Source of the DNA: Candidatus Eiseniibacteriota bacterium
GTDB lineage: Bacteria > Eisenbacteria > RBG-16-71-46
DNA: 64,000 nt
NCBI GenBank assembly: GCA_963725865.1
Contig: CAVSAC010000014.1
Location: 1,440,001-1,504,000, forward strand
Direction: 5' to 3'
Positions 1-10,268 of this stretch are shown here, piece after piece. Made by a program: the position numbers and the translations under genes. The notes below the pieces were generated by a model. The model searched no databases, was not told where the DNA came from, and saw nothing but the letters and a program-made list of their open reading frames with translations. Position 1 is the stretch's first letter. Each line of letters begins with the position of its first letter.

Positions 1-809
1 TAGTCGCGGTTGAACGCGCCGTTCACCAGATAGCGGCCGAGCCCGGGCACCGCGAAGATGCTCTCGACCACGATCGACCCCATCACGATGCGCGCGACCG
101 CGGGCCCCAGGTAGCTGACCACCGGGAGCACGCCGATCCGCAGCGCGTGGCGGCCGACCACCGCCGACTCGGGCAGGCCCTTGGCGCGCGCGGTGCGGAT
201 GAAGTCCTGGCGCAGCACCTCGAGCATGCCCGCGCGCGCGAGCCGCGCGATGGTGGCGACGTAGGCGGTCGCCAGCGTGAGCACCGGCAGCACGCGGCTC
301 GCGGGGCCGCTCCACAGCGCGGGCGGCAGCCAGTAGAGCGTGAGCGAGAACACCAGCACCAGCAGCGGCCCGAGCACGAAGCTCGGGATCGACAGGCCGG
401 CGAGTGCCGCCACCATCGCGGCGTGATCGGCGGCGGTGTTCTGCTTCAGCGCCGCGATCACGCCGAGCGGCACGCCCGCGAGCAGCGCCACCAGCAGCGC
501 CCAGCCGCCCAGCTCGGCCGAGACGCGGAAACCCTCGAGGATCAGATCACGCACTTGGCGGGTCGGGTACTTGTACGAGGGCCCGAACTCCAGCCGCGCG
601 GCGTTCGCGAGGAAGCGCACGTACTGCTCGCCGAGCGGCCGGTCGAGGCCGTAGCGGCGCATCAGCTGCTCCTTCGCCGCCGCCGGGATCTCGCGCTCGG
701 ACTGGAACGGCCCGCCGGGCGCCAGCCGCATCATGAAGAACGTCAGCGACCCGATGACCAGCAGGGTCGGGATCATGAGCATCAACCGGCGTGCGACGAA
801 GGTAGCCAT
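1..809 (-). CDS. oppB: Oligopeptide ABC transporter permease (runs off window start)
   Basis: Manual translation from ATG at 809: MATFVARRLMLMIPTLLVIGSLTFFMMRLAPGGPF...YGLDRPLGEQY...DFIRTARAKGL...VVESIFAVPGLG; EAA-loop permease signature; not in ORF track because it is open-ended. Confidence 0.93.
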   Translation of the reverse strand, partial: MATFVARRLMLMIPTLLVIGSLTFFMMRLAPGGPFQSEREIPAAAKEQLMRRYGLDRPLGEQYVRFLANAARLEFGPSYKYPTRQVRDLILEGFRVSAELGGWALLVALLAGVPLGVIAALKQNTAADHAAMVAALAGLSIPSFVLGPLLVLVFSLTLYWLPPALWSGPASRVLPVLTLATAYVATIARLARAGMLEVLRQDFIRTARAKGLPESAVVGRHALRIGVLPVVSYLGPAVARIVMGSIVVESIFAVPGLGRYLVNGAFNRD

Positions 810-922
810 GGAGGCGGAATCCTACTCGCACCGCGCGGCGCGCTGAAGCGAATCCCGCTTGCGCGGCCCCGGCACGAGCGGGAGACTCTTCGCGCCCTCC
901 ACGGCCGCTCCGGAGGCGTCCC

Positions 923-1675
923 ATGATGCGGTCGCTGTGCCTCGCAGTGCTGTTGTCGCTGGTCGTGCCCGGAAGCGCGGTCGCGGGCGCCGGTTTCGGC
1001 TGGGCCGCTCCCGACTGGGGCTGCGGTGGTGAGTTCGCGCCCTTCCCTTGCAATCGGAACAGCGGCTCGGAGGCGCTCGAGGTCACACTCCAGATGAGCT
1101 GGACGCCGATCTCGCCTGCCGACATCGTCGGCGCCCATGCCGTGATCTACTTCGGCTCGCCGACCGACTGGTGGCGATTCGACTCGCCCGGCGGATGTCG
1201 CGCCGGCGCCCTCCGCGTAGAGCTGGAGGTGCCGGGGTCCACCTACTGCCCGTCGCTCCTGGGTGGCCGCGGCTCGGTGAGCTGGGCCACCTCGGTGGCC
1301 GACAACCGGCAGATCGAGGTCACGGTGACCGCCAACGCGCCACCGCCGCCGGACCTCCAACTCGACTCGCAGTTCGTGCTGTTTCGAGTGTTGATCTCGA
1401 ACGAGCGCACGGTGGGCCCCGACTCGTGCTCCGGCTGCTCGCACGGCGCCTTCGCCGCGCTGCGGGAGCTGGTCCTCTTCGTCCGCACTCCGGAGGGCGG
1501 CTACCGCAACGCCTGCGTCAGCGTGATGAACGGCGTGTGCGCAGATTGGCCCGGTTGGGAAACGGCATGCGGAAGCTCCCCCTATCCGCCCCCGATCGAG
1601 TGCTCGTCGCCCGGTCTGGAGTGGACCGGCGCGCCCGCCTCGACGTGGGGAGCGCTCAAGCTTCGGTATCGTTGA
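923..1675 (+). CDS. Secreted Cys-containing hypothetical protein with C-terminal TWGALKLRYR motif
   Basis: GGAGG RBS upstream, signal peptide MMRSLCLAVLLSLVVPGSAVAG, C-terminal motif shared with 18113..18937. Confidence 0.8.
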   Translation: MMRSLCLAVLLSLVVPGSAVAGAGFGWAAPDWGCGGEFAPFPCNRNSGSEALEVTLQMSWTPISPADIVGAHAVIYFGSPTDWWRFDSPGGCRAGALRVELEVPGSTYCPSLLGGRGSVSWATSVADNRQIEVTVTANAPPPPDLQLDSQFVLFRVLISNERTVGPDSCSGCSHGAFAALRELVLFVRTPEGGYRNACVSVMNGVCADWPGWETACGSSPYPPPIECSSPGLEWTGAPASTWGALKLRYR

Positions 1676-1830
1676 GGCGAGACACGGGCGAGCCCGGATC
1701 CGCGCTCGCGGGTTGACCTCGCCGGGGCGCTCACGCATCGTATCGGTCGCCGCACCGCCGCGCGATCGAAGCGCCTGCGTGGAGCCGCACTTCGCGCCTG
1801 CGCCGGCTCCCAGACCCCGAGGACGAGCGC

Positions 1831-2628
1831 ATGTCGACGATGCCCGATCCCGATGCACGCGCCGGCGCCGGGACCGTGCGCGTGGTGCCCAAACATCACG
1901 CGCTGGTGCGCTGGTCGCACTGGATCCACCTGCCCCTGCTGCTCGGACTGCTCGCGAGCGGACTGTCGATCTACTGGGCGGCGCCGGTGTTCACGCACCC
2001 GCGCGATCTGCGAACGTTCAGCAACGACTACCTGACGGATCTCGGGTACGTGATCGCGCGCGCGCTGGACGACCACGGCGGCCGTCCCGGCGCGTGGGTG
2101 TACGAGCACTTCAGCCTCGGCCAGCGCCAGCTCGCCTCGGCATTGCGCCTGCACTGGGCGCTCGCGTATCTGTTCATGCTCAACGGCGCGCTGTACTTGC
2201 TGGGGCTGGCGCGCGGCGGCGGATGGCGCGCGCTGCTGCCGCGCGGCTCCGACGTGCGCGAGGCGCTGGGCATGCTCCGCTTCTACCTCGGCGTGGTGCC
2301 GATGGCGATCCTGAGGCGCCCGTGGCCGCACCCGCCGGTGCGCTCGAAGTACAACGCGCTCCAGCGCGCGGCGTACTTCACGATGCCGCTCGCCGGCGTG
2401 CTGGTGGTGCTGTCGGGCTGGGCGATGCACAAGCCGGTGCAGCTCGGCTGGCTCGAGCGGCTGTTCGTGAGCTACGACGGCGCGCGCATCGTCCACTTCG
2501 GCTGCATGCTGGTGCTGGGCTCGTTCATCGTGCCGCACGTGATCCTGGTGATCGCCGACGGCTGGGACACGTTCCGCTCGATGGTGGTGGGCTGGTCGGC
2601 GCGCGTGAAGGAGGTCCCGCATGAATGA
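1831..2628 (+). CDS. Cytochrome b/b6-type membrane subunit (PhsC/YdhU-like)
   Basis: VRWSHWIH, LHW, KYNALQRAAY, ARIVHF heme-ligand motifs; several TM helices. Confidence 0.85.
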   Translation: MSTMPDPDARAGAGTVRVVPKHHALVRWSHWIHLPLLLGLLASGLSIYWAAPVFTHPRDLRTFSNDYLTDLGYVIARALDDHGGRPGAWVYEHFSLGQRQLASALRLHWALAYLFMLNGALYLLGLARGGGWRALLPRGSDVREALGMLRFYLGVVPMAILRRPWPHPPVRSKYNALQRAAYFTMPLAGVLVVLSGWAMHKPVQLGWLERLFVSYDGARIVHFGCMLVLGSFIVPHVILVIADGWDTFRSMVVGWSARVKEVPHE

Positions 2629-3830
2629 GCGCGAGCCACGAGATCCCGCATGCGATCCCAGGCCCGACGCCAACGCTGGCGCGCCACCGCCGGTCGCGGC
2701 CCCGCCGGTCGCGCCACCGCCGGTCGCGCTGCCGCAAGCGATGACGCCCGCGGCGCCCGCGGTGCCCGACTCCGCTCCTGCGTTGGCGGTGCCGATCGAT
2801 ACGCCATCGCCGGCGCCTGCGGAGCCCCGAGTCGCGCCGGCGCCCATGGCGTCCGCCGCCGCTCCCGCGTCAGTGGCGCCGGCCTCCGCGCCCGCGGCGG
2901 CGCAGCCATTCGCACCCGCACCGGCGCCCGCGCCCCCCGCCGCGCCGCCGCCCGCGCGCCGTGGACTGCTGGATGCCATCGCCGAGCGCCCGGAGCCGGT
3001 GCTCGAGGTGCCGCGCAGCACGCTCGCCGCGGCCTCGCGCCGCGACTTCCTGCTCTTCGGCGTCGGCGCGCTCGCGGCCGCCGCGGGCGCGTGGTGGGTG
3101 CTGCCCGATCGCACCAAGGCGCGCCTGCTGCCGGGTGCGGCGCACGACCGGCTCGACTCGCTCGCCGCCCGAGTGGGCCTGAGCCGTGAGCGGCGCGAGC
3201 GGGCGCTCGACCGCGCGCTCACGTTCGACGACGACGTCGCCGAGGCGCTGTACTCGAGGGACCGTCGCGTGCGCACCTACGACCGCTCGCAGGCGACGCC
3301 GCTGCGCAACAACTACAACGGCCAGACGCCGGGACCGGAATATCTCGCGAGTTGGTCGCTCGCGCTCTCGGGGCTGGCCTCGGGACGCATGGAGCGGCTC
3401 GGCGTCGCCGACCTGCTCGCGCCGCTGCGCGTTCCGCGAGCAGGTCACGCGGCTGATCTGCGTCGAGGGCTGGAGCGCCGTCGCATGGTGGGGCGGGGTG
3501 CGCTTCGCGGACCTGCTCGCCGCGTTCCCGCCCGCGCCCGGCGCGCGCTGGGCGGCGCTGCGCTCGGCCGTGAACCTGGACGGGGTCGGCCGCCCCGATC
3601 CGTACTACGTATCGATCGATCTGGGGACCGCGCGCCATCCGCAGACGCTGCTGGCGACTCACCACGCCGGCCAGCCGCTGACGCTCGAGCACGGCGCGCC
3701 GCTGCGGCTGCTGGTGCCGATGAAGCTGGGCCTCAAGAACATCAAGGCCGTCACCGACATCGCGTACACTGCGAGCGAGCCCGCCGACTACTGGAACGAG
3801 CGCGGGTACTCGAAGTACGACGGACTGTAG
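2621..3830 (+). CDS. Molybdopterin-dependent oxidoreductase, sulfite oxidase/MsrP family, Tat-exported; apparent +1 frameshift near 3422
   Basis: SRRDFL twin-arginine motif in ORF 2621; Mo-ligand ICVEGWS, HPQTLLA and HGAPLRLLVPMKLGLKNIK in ORF 3186..3830; removing one C at about 3422 joins the frames. Confidence 0.85.
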
Positions 3831-3894
3831 GCGCCGCGGACGCACGCCGGGTCGGCGTCCGCCCGCGTCGTCGCGCACCCCACAGCGAGGAGCC

Positions 3895-4569
3895 ATGGAC
3901 CGGGAACTCTGGACCCGCGTCGACCAGTACGTCAGCGACCTGTTCGCATCGCACGACCCCGCGCTCGACGAGGCGCTGCGCGCCAGCGCCGCCGCGGGGC
4001 TGCCCGTCATCCAGGTGTCGCCGCCGCAGGGCAAGCTCCTCTGGCTGCTCGCGCGCTCGATCGGCGCCCGCGCGATCCTCGAGATCGGCACGCTCGGCGG
4101 CTACAGCACGATCTGGCTCGCGCGCGCGCTGCCGGAGGACGGCGAGCTGGTGACGCTGGAGTTCGACGCGAAGCACGCCGAGGTGGCCCGCGCCAATTTC
4201 GCCCGCGCCGGAGTCGCCGGGCGCGTGGAGCTGCGCCTCGGCCGCGCGCTCGACACGCTGCCGCGGCTCGCCGCCGAGCAGCGCGGACCATTCGACCTGG
4301 TGTTCATCGACGCCGACAAGGAGAACATCCCCGAGTACTTCGAATGGGCGCTGCGCCTGTCGCGCCGCGGCAGCCTGATTCTGGTCGACAACGTGGTGCG
4401 CGACGGCAAGGTCGTCGACGCCGCGAGCGACGACGAGTCGGTACGCGGCGTGCGCCGCTTCCACGAGCGAGTCGCCGCCGAGCGCCGCGTGAGCGCGACC
4501 ACGCTCCAGACCGTGGGCAGCAAAGGCTACGACGGCTTCACGCTGGTGCTGGTGGTCGCAGAGCCCTAA
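3895..4569 (+). CDS. O-methyltransferase (caffeoyl-CoA OMT / class 3 family)
   Basis: ILEIGTLGGYS, FDLVFIDADK, LVDNVV, KGYDGF motifs. Confidence 0.93.
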   Translation: MDRELWTRVDQYVSDLFASHDPALDEALRASAAAGLPVIQVSPPQGKLLWLLARSIGARAILEIGTLGGYSTIWLARALPEDGELVTLEFDAKHAEVARANFARAGVAGRVELRLGRALDTLPRLAAEQRGPFDLVFIDADKENIPEYFEWALRLSRRGSLILVDNVVRDGKVVDAASDDESVRGVRRFHERVAAERRVSATTLQTVGSKGYDGFTLVLVVAEP

Positions 4570-6271
4570 CGCGCGGCCGAGGCCGCCCGCCGAACGCGCC
4601 GTCTCTGCGAGTGCCACGCTCGATCCACACGCGCGTGAGCGGATGCACGTCGAGCGGCGTGTTCCAGATCCCGCGCACGTAAGGCTTGGTCAGCTCGTTG
4701 GTCGAGTACTGGTAGATCGGGATCAGCGGGGACTCGGCGAGCAGCAGCGACTCGGCGGCCGCCAGCGTGCGCAGGCGCCGCGCCGGATCCAGCTCGCCCG
4801 CGGCCGCGCGCATGAGCGCGTCGTAGCGCGGATCGCCCCAGCCGGTGCGGTTGTTGCCGTCGCCGCTCGCCCAGCAGGCGAGGAACGAGTTGGGATCGAC
4901 GTAGTCGCCGATCCACGAGCGCCGTGCCAGGTCGTAGTCGATCGAGGTGGTCGCCTGCATGTACGAGCCCCATTCCATGTTCTGCAGCTCGACCTCGATG
5001 CCCAGCTCGCGCCGCCACATCGCCTGCACCGCCTCCGCGATGCGGCGGCTATCCTCGCTGGTGTTGAACAGGATCGACACGCGCGGGAAGCCGCGCCCGC
5101 CGGGAAAGCCCGCGGCGACGAGCAGCGCGCGCGCCTGCGGCGGATCGAAGCGCACCGGCGACGGCGCGGGGTAGCCGGGGTAGCCCGCGGGCGCCACGTT
5201 GCCCCACGGGTCGCGGCTGCGCTTGAGCAGGTCGTTCGCGATCGCCTCGCGGTCCACCGCCAGGCTCAGCGCACGACGCACGCGCACGTCCTGGAACGGC
5301 CGGCGCGTGACGTTGATCGAGTAGAAGTAGGTGCCCTGGTAGCGGCCGTGATGGAAGTCGGCGAAGCGGCGCAGGGACGGGATGAATTGCGACGGGATCA
5401 GCCCGCTCGGATTCCAGTCGATCACGCCCGCCTTGTAGAGATTGGTCGAGGTGTTCACGTCGTCGACCGTGTACGCGCGGATCGCCCGCAGGCGCACGCT
5501 CTCCGCGTCCCAGTAGCGCGGATTGCGCGCGAAGAGGTAGTGGTCGTTCTGCCGCCAGCGCTCGAGTACGAAGCCGCCGTTCGATACCAGGTGCCCGGGA
5601 CGCGTCCACTGGTCGCCCCAGCGCTCGACGACGTGCCGCGGCACCGGCAGGAACGGCGTGAACGAGGTGAGCGGGACGAAGTACGCGGTGGGTCGCGCGA
5701 GCCGCACGACGAACGTGGTGTCGTCGGGTGCCAGGAGCCCGACCTGGCTCGAGTCGGCGAGCCGGCCGGTGTTGTACGCCTCGCCGTTCGCCACGGAATA
5801 GAACGTTCCCGCGTTGCGCGCGCCGGTCAGCGGGCGCAACACGCGCCGCCACGACCACGCGATGTCCCCCGCGGTCAGCGGCACGCCGTCGCTCCACGTC
5901 AGGCCCGGGCGCAGGTGGAACGTGTAGGCGAGGCCGTCCGCGCTCACGTCCCAGCGGTAGGCGAGCCCCGGCAGGTTGGGCCCGCCCTGCGGATCGTCGG
6001 CGGTGAGCCCCTCGAACAGGATGTGACACACGCGCGCGTCGGGCTGGCCGGTCGCGATCGCGGGATCGATGGTCTCGGGCTCGGCGCCGAGGTTGAACGT
6101 GAACACGTCGTCGGCGGGCGGGCTGACGTCGCCGAAGTAGGCCACCGCCGGCACGCCGCCGTGCGGCGCCCGCGCCCGGGCGCAGGAGAGCGCGAGCACG
6201 CCGAAGGCGACGAGCGCGACGGCCGGCACGAGGACCCGATGGCGAGGGCTCACGGAGTCGGACGATAGCAT
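4538..6271 (-). CDS. oppA: Peptide ABC transporter substrate-binding lipoprotein
   Basis: Lipobox-like LALSC; EPETIDP, YTFHLRPGLTWSDG, RNPRYWD, RRSWIGDYVDP family-5 SBP motifs; start chosen at ATG 6271. Confidence 0.9.
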   Translation of the reverse strand: MLSSDSVSPRHRVLVPAVALVAFGVLALSCARARAPHGGVPAVAYFGDVSPPADDVFTFNLGAEPETIDPAIATGQPDARVCHILFEGLTADDPQGGPNLPGLAYRWDVSADGLAYTFHLRPGLTWSDGVPLTAGDIAWSWRRVLRPLTGARNAGTFYSVANGEAYNTGRLADSSQVGLLAPDDTTFVVRLARPTAYFVPLTSFTPFLPVPRHVVERWGDQWTRPGHLVSNGGFVLERWRQNDHYLFARNPRYWDAESVRLRAIRAYTVDDVNTSTNLYKAGVIDWNPSGLIPSQFIPSLRRFADFHHGRYQGTYFYSINVTRRPFQDVRVRRALSLAVDREAIANDLLKRSRDPWGNVAPAGYPGYPAPSPVRFDPPQARALLVAAGFPGGRGFPRVSILFNTSEDSRRIAEAVQAMWRRELGIEVELQNMEWGSYMQATTSIDYDLARRSWIGDYVDPNSFLACWASGDGNNRTGWGDPRYDALMRAAAGELDPARRLRTLAAAESLLLAESPLIPIYQYSTNELTKPYVRGIWNTPLDVHPLTRVWIERGTRRDGAFGGRPRPRVRALRPPAPA

Positions 6272-6370
6272 GCTGCCGGTGACACGCGGTGGCTCCTCGG
6301 CTACTCTTCGCGCACTGGCCCGCGCCCCGCGCGCCCACGGCCACCTCACCCGACCGGGGAGGACACGCTG

Positions 6371-7768
6371 ATGCGCTGCCCCACATTCCTGGTGATGGCG
6401 CTGATCGCGACGTTCGCGTGCGCTCCACCTCAGGCGCACGGCCAGTCCGCCACCACGCCAACGGAGCCCGAGCGCCTGCCCGCGCCGGGCGAGCCGCGGG
6501 ACCAGGTGGAGGGGCTAGAGGTGCCGCGCGTCGTGCCGGCGGACGCGACGCCGGCTGCTTCTTCGACCGCCGCGGAGGTGCGGATCGACGTGCCGCCGCA
6601 GGTGCTCGCGCGCGGGACGCTGGCCTATCCGCCGGCCGCGCGTGCGGCGGGAGTCGAGGGCACGGTGCTCGTCCGCGCGCTGATCGACACGCTCGGCCAC
6701 GTCACCGAGGCGCAGATCCAGACCTCGGTCCCGATGCTCGACTCCACGGCGCTCGCGTTCGTGCGCGGCTGGCGCTTCCGGCCGGCCGAGGTGGACCACC
6801 GGCCGGTCGCGGTGTGGGTCACGACCCCGGTGCGATTCGTGATCACCGAGCATCGGGACTCGCCGGCCGCGCTGAAGGTGCCGCCCGCCGCGCGCCCGGC
6901 GCCGCAGTCCGCGCTCGCCGGTCGCTACTTCGTCGACGACGACACCACCGTCATCGTGATCGTCACGCCGACCGGCCCGCACACGATGGACCTCGAATCC
7001 TCGTCGCGCTGGGTGGGCAGCGGCGAGCTGGACAGCGCCGGCTACCATGGCGGCTTCCGCTATCCGAAGACGGCCTCGGATCCCACCAGCGAGGACCTGC
7101 GCGGCACGCACGAGGCGACTGCTGAGCCCGACGGCCGCTGGCGGGTGCACGGCGAGTTCGTGGACGAGCGCGGGCGCGCGTTCGACGTGACGTGGACGCC
7201 GGTCGGAATGCCGCCGCCCCGCGGGACGCGGAGGCTGGCCGCGACCGATGCGGTCGATTCGCCGCCGGAGTCCGCGCCGCGTCCGACCGGGCCGGTGCGC
7301 ATGAAGCCGGCGCCGGGAACGCAGATCGTCTCGGCGCCACCCAGCGAGGCGCCGCAGCCATCGGAGCCCGCACCGATCGAGCGCCGCGCGTGGCCGCCGC
7401 CCACCGCGCAGCTCCCGGCCCAGATGCTCGAGCACCCGGCATGGCCGCCCGAGTGGCGCTCGGGAGTCGACGGCGTCCTGCCCGTCGACACCACTCCGGT
7501 CGATTCGCTGCCGCGGGTGGTGCGCCGTGTGGACCCGGCGCCGTTCCCGTCGCCGGGGCGCCCGACGAGCCTCGATGGCCTGATCGTCGTGAAGCTGCGG
7601 GTCGAGCGCGACGGGTCGGTCGGAGAGGCGGCCATCGCGGAGTCGATCCCCGTCATGGACGAGCCCGCACTGCGGGCCGTCCGCCAGTGGCGCTTTCGCC
7701 CGGCGTTGCGTCGCGGCAAACCGATCCCGCTGTGGGTGTACGTGCCGGTGCGGGTCTCGGCGCACTGA
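6371..7768 (+). CDS. Exported protein with two TonB C-terminal domains
   Basis: YPPAARAAGVEGTVLV...WRFRPA and second GLIVVKLRVERDG...WRFRPA...VYVPVRV; Pro-rich linkers; N-terminal signal. Confidence 0.8.
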   Translation: MRCPTFLVMALIATFACAPPQAHGQSATTPTEPERLPAPGEPRDQVEGLEVPRVVPADATPAASSTAAEVRIDVPPQVLARGTLAYPPAARAAGVEGTVLVRALIDTLGHVTEAQIQTSVPMLDSTALAFVRGWRFRPAEVDHRPVAVWVTTPVRFVITEHRDSPAALKVPPAARPAPQSALAGRYFVDDDTTVIVIVTPTGPHTMDLESSSRWVGSGELDSAGYHGGFRYPKTASDPTSEDLRGTHEATAEPDGRWRVHGEFVDERGRAFDVTWTPVGMPPPRGTRRLAATDAVDSPPESAPRPTGPVRMKPAPGTQIVSAPPSEAPQPSEPAPIERRAWPPPTAQLPAQMLEHPAWPPEWRSGVDGVLPVDTTPVDSLPRVVRRVDPAPFPSPGRPTSLDGLIVVKLRVERDGSVGEAAIAESIPVMDEPALRAVRQWRFRPALRRGKPIPLWVYVPVRVSAH

Positions 7769-7949
7769 GCGCGGTCGCGCGCGCAGCGCGCGGAGCGCTG
7801 CGCGCGGGCGCCGCGGGCCGCCGTCCGCGCGTCGGTTGGCGAGCGACGCGCGCGCCGGAGTAGACTGGCTCCGCGTGCATGCGCCGCGTGCGCGCCCGAT
7901 CCGCAGCCTCCAGCGAACGACTGTCGGGACGAGATCCCGTGAGCCTCCG

Positions 7950-10268
7950 ATGCCGAAGACTCTCGCGCGCAAGCGCTCCCGCCGCGCTCCCGTCGTCCAT
8001 CGCACCACCTCGGTCGGCACCGACGTCCCGCGCGTCGAGGGCGCCGACAAGCTCACCGGGCGGGCGCTCTACCTGGACGACCTGACCGTTCCGGGCGTGC
8101 TCCACGGCCGCACCGTGCGCTCCACGATCGCGCGCGGGCGGGTGAAGTCGATCACGTTCGATCCGGCGTTCGACTGGTCCGACGTCGTGGTGGTGGACCA
8201 CCGCGACCTGCCGGGGCCCAACGCGATCGCCCACATCGTCGCGGACCAGCCGTGCCTGGTGTCCGACGTGGTGAGCCATGCCGAGGAGCCGATCGTGCTG
8301 GTGGCGGCGCCCTCCGCCGAGCGGGCCGAGGCCGCGGCGCGCGCGGTGCGGATCGAGTACGAGGTGCTCGAGCCGGTGCTCACGCTCGAGGACGCGCTCG
8401 CCCGGCGCACGGTGATCCACGGCACCGAGAACCTGCTCAAGGAGATCACGATCGCGCGCGGCGATCTGACGCGCGGCTTCGAGCAGGCGGACGAGGTGAT
8501 CGAGGGCGTGTATCGCACCGGCCACCAGGAGCACATCTACATCGAGAACAACGGCATGCTCGCCGAGCGCACCGCCGACGGCGGGCTCGTCATCCGCGGC
8601 TCGCTGCAGTGCCCGTACTACGTGCACCACTCGCTCACGCACCTGTTCGGTCTGCCGGACGACAAGGTGCGCGTGATCCAGACCGTCACCGGCGGCGGCT
8701 TCGGCGGCAAGGAGGACTATCCGTCGATGATCGCCGCGCACGCGGCACTGCTGGCGTGGAAGAGCGGCAAGCCGGTCAAGCTCGTCTACGACCGCGCCGA
8801 GGACATCGCGGCCACCACCAAGCGGCATCCCTCGCAGGTGCGCATCCGCGCCGGCGTGAAGCGCGACGGCACGCTCACCGCGCTCGAGATCGACGTCCTG
8901 ATGGACGGCGGCGCGTACGTGACGCTCTCGCCGGTCGTGCTCTCGCGCGGCGCGCTGCACGCGACCGGGCCGTACCGCTGCGAGAACGTGCGCATCCACG
9001 CCCGCGCGGTGGCGACCAACACGCCGCCGAACGGCGCGTTCCGCGGCTTCGGCGCGCCGCAGACGCTGTTCGCCGCCGAGTGCCACATGGACCGCATCGC
9101 CGAGGTGCTCGGCATGGACCCGGTCGCGCTGCGGCGTCACAACGCGTTCCGCGTGGGCGACGTGACCGCGACCGGGCAGACGCTCTCGGTCAGCGTGGCG
9201 GCGCACGAAGTGCTCGAGGCCGCGGTCAGGACCGTGCGGTGGAGCGCGGCGCGCGCGCGCATCGAGAAGGCGAACGCGGCGGCGGCCGCGGCCGAGCACC
9301 GGGGCAAGGTGGCGTCCGGAGGGCGCCGGCTGCGGCGCGGCCTCGGGCTCTCGCTGGTGCACCACGGCGCGGGCTTCACCGGCAGCGGCGAGGTGACGCT
9401 GGCGTCGCTCGCGGCGATGGATCTGTTGCCCGACGGCCGCCCCCGCGTGCTGGTGGCGAACACCGAGATCGGGCAGGGCGCGACCACGATCTTCTCGCAG
9501 ATCGCGGGCGAGGCGCTGGGCGTGCCGTCCTCGCTCGTGGTGGTCGAGCAGCCCGATACCGCGCACGTGCCGAACAGCGGGCCGACCGTGGCGTCGCGCA
9601 CCACGATGGTGGTGGGCGGCCTCGTGCAGCAGTGCGCCGAGGAGCTGCGGCGGCGGCTCGAGCTGTTCGCCGAGCGGGCGCTCGATGGCGCCGAAGACTT
9701 CCGCCGCGTGGCGAAGCGCTTCGTGCAGCAGCGCGGCGCGCTGCGCGTGGAGCAGCGCTACCAGCCGCCGCCCGGGATCTCGTGGGACGACCAGCACTAT
9801 CGCGGCGACGCGTACGGCTGCTTCGGCTACGCATGCTGCGTGGTCGAGGTCGAGGTCGATCTGGACACCGGCGAGACACGGGTGATCGACACCTGGATGG
9901 CGGTCGACATCGGCACCGTGATCCATCCGGTGCTGGCGGGCGGCCAGGTCGAGGGCGGCGCGCTGCAGGGTCTCGGCTGGGCGCTGCTCGAGGAGGTGCG
10001 CTGGAAGGACGGGCGAATCTGGAATGCCTCGCTCACCAACTACATCATCCCAACCGCGGCCGACGCGCCGCCGCTGCACGTCGAGTTCGTGCCGGCGCCC
10101 TACGCGCACGGCGCATTCGGCGCCAAGGGCGTCGGCGAGCTGCCGATGGACGCGCCGGCGCCCGCGGTGATCGCGGCGATCGCGCACGCGACCGGCGCGC
10201 GCCTCGACGAGATCCCCGCCACCCCCGAGCGCGTGCTGCGTGCCATCGCCAAGGGAGGCGCGCGATGA
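7950..10268 (+). CDS. Xanthine dehydrogenase-family molybdopterin-binding large subunit
   Basis: GGGFGGK, AFRGFGAPQ, EIGQG, SGPTVASRT, GQVEGG, GAKGVGE motifs. Confidence 0.93.
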   Translation: MPKTLARKRSRRAPVVHRTTSVGTDVPRVEGADKLTGRALYLDDLTVPGVLHGRTVRSTIARGRVKSITFDPAFDWSDVVVVDHRDLPGPNAIAHIVADQPCLVSDVVSHAEEPIVLVAAPSAERAEAAARAVRIEYEVLEPVLTLEDALARRTVIHGTENLLKEITIARGDLTRGFEQADEVIEGVYRTGHQEHIYIENNGMLAERTADGGLVIRGSLQCPYYVHHSLTHLFGLPDDKVRVIQTVTGGGFGGKEDYPSMIAAHAALLAWKSGKPVKLVYDRAEDIAATTKRHPSQVRIRAGVKRDGTLTALEIDVLMDGGAYVTLSPVVLSRGALHATGPYRCENVRIHARAVATNTPPNGAFRGFGAPQTLFAAECHMDRIAEVLGMDPVALRRHNAFRVGDVTATGQTLSVSVAAHEVLEAAVRTVRWSAARARIEKANAAAAAAEHRGKVASGGRRLRRGLGLSLVHHGAGFTGSGEVTLASLAAMDLLPDGRPRVLVANTEIGQGATTIFSQIAGEALGVPSSLVVVEQPDTAHVPNSGPTVASRTTMVVGGLVQQCAEELRRRLELFAERALDGAEDFRRVAKRFVQQRGALRVEQRYQPPPGISWDDQHYRGDAYGCFGYACCVVEVEVDLDTGETRVIDTWMAVDIGTVIHPVLAGGQVEGGALQGLGWALLEEVRWKDGRIWNASLTNYIIPTAADAPPLHVEFVPAPYAHGAFGAKGVGELPMDAPAPAVIAAIAHATGARLDEIPATPERVLRAIAKGGAR

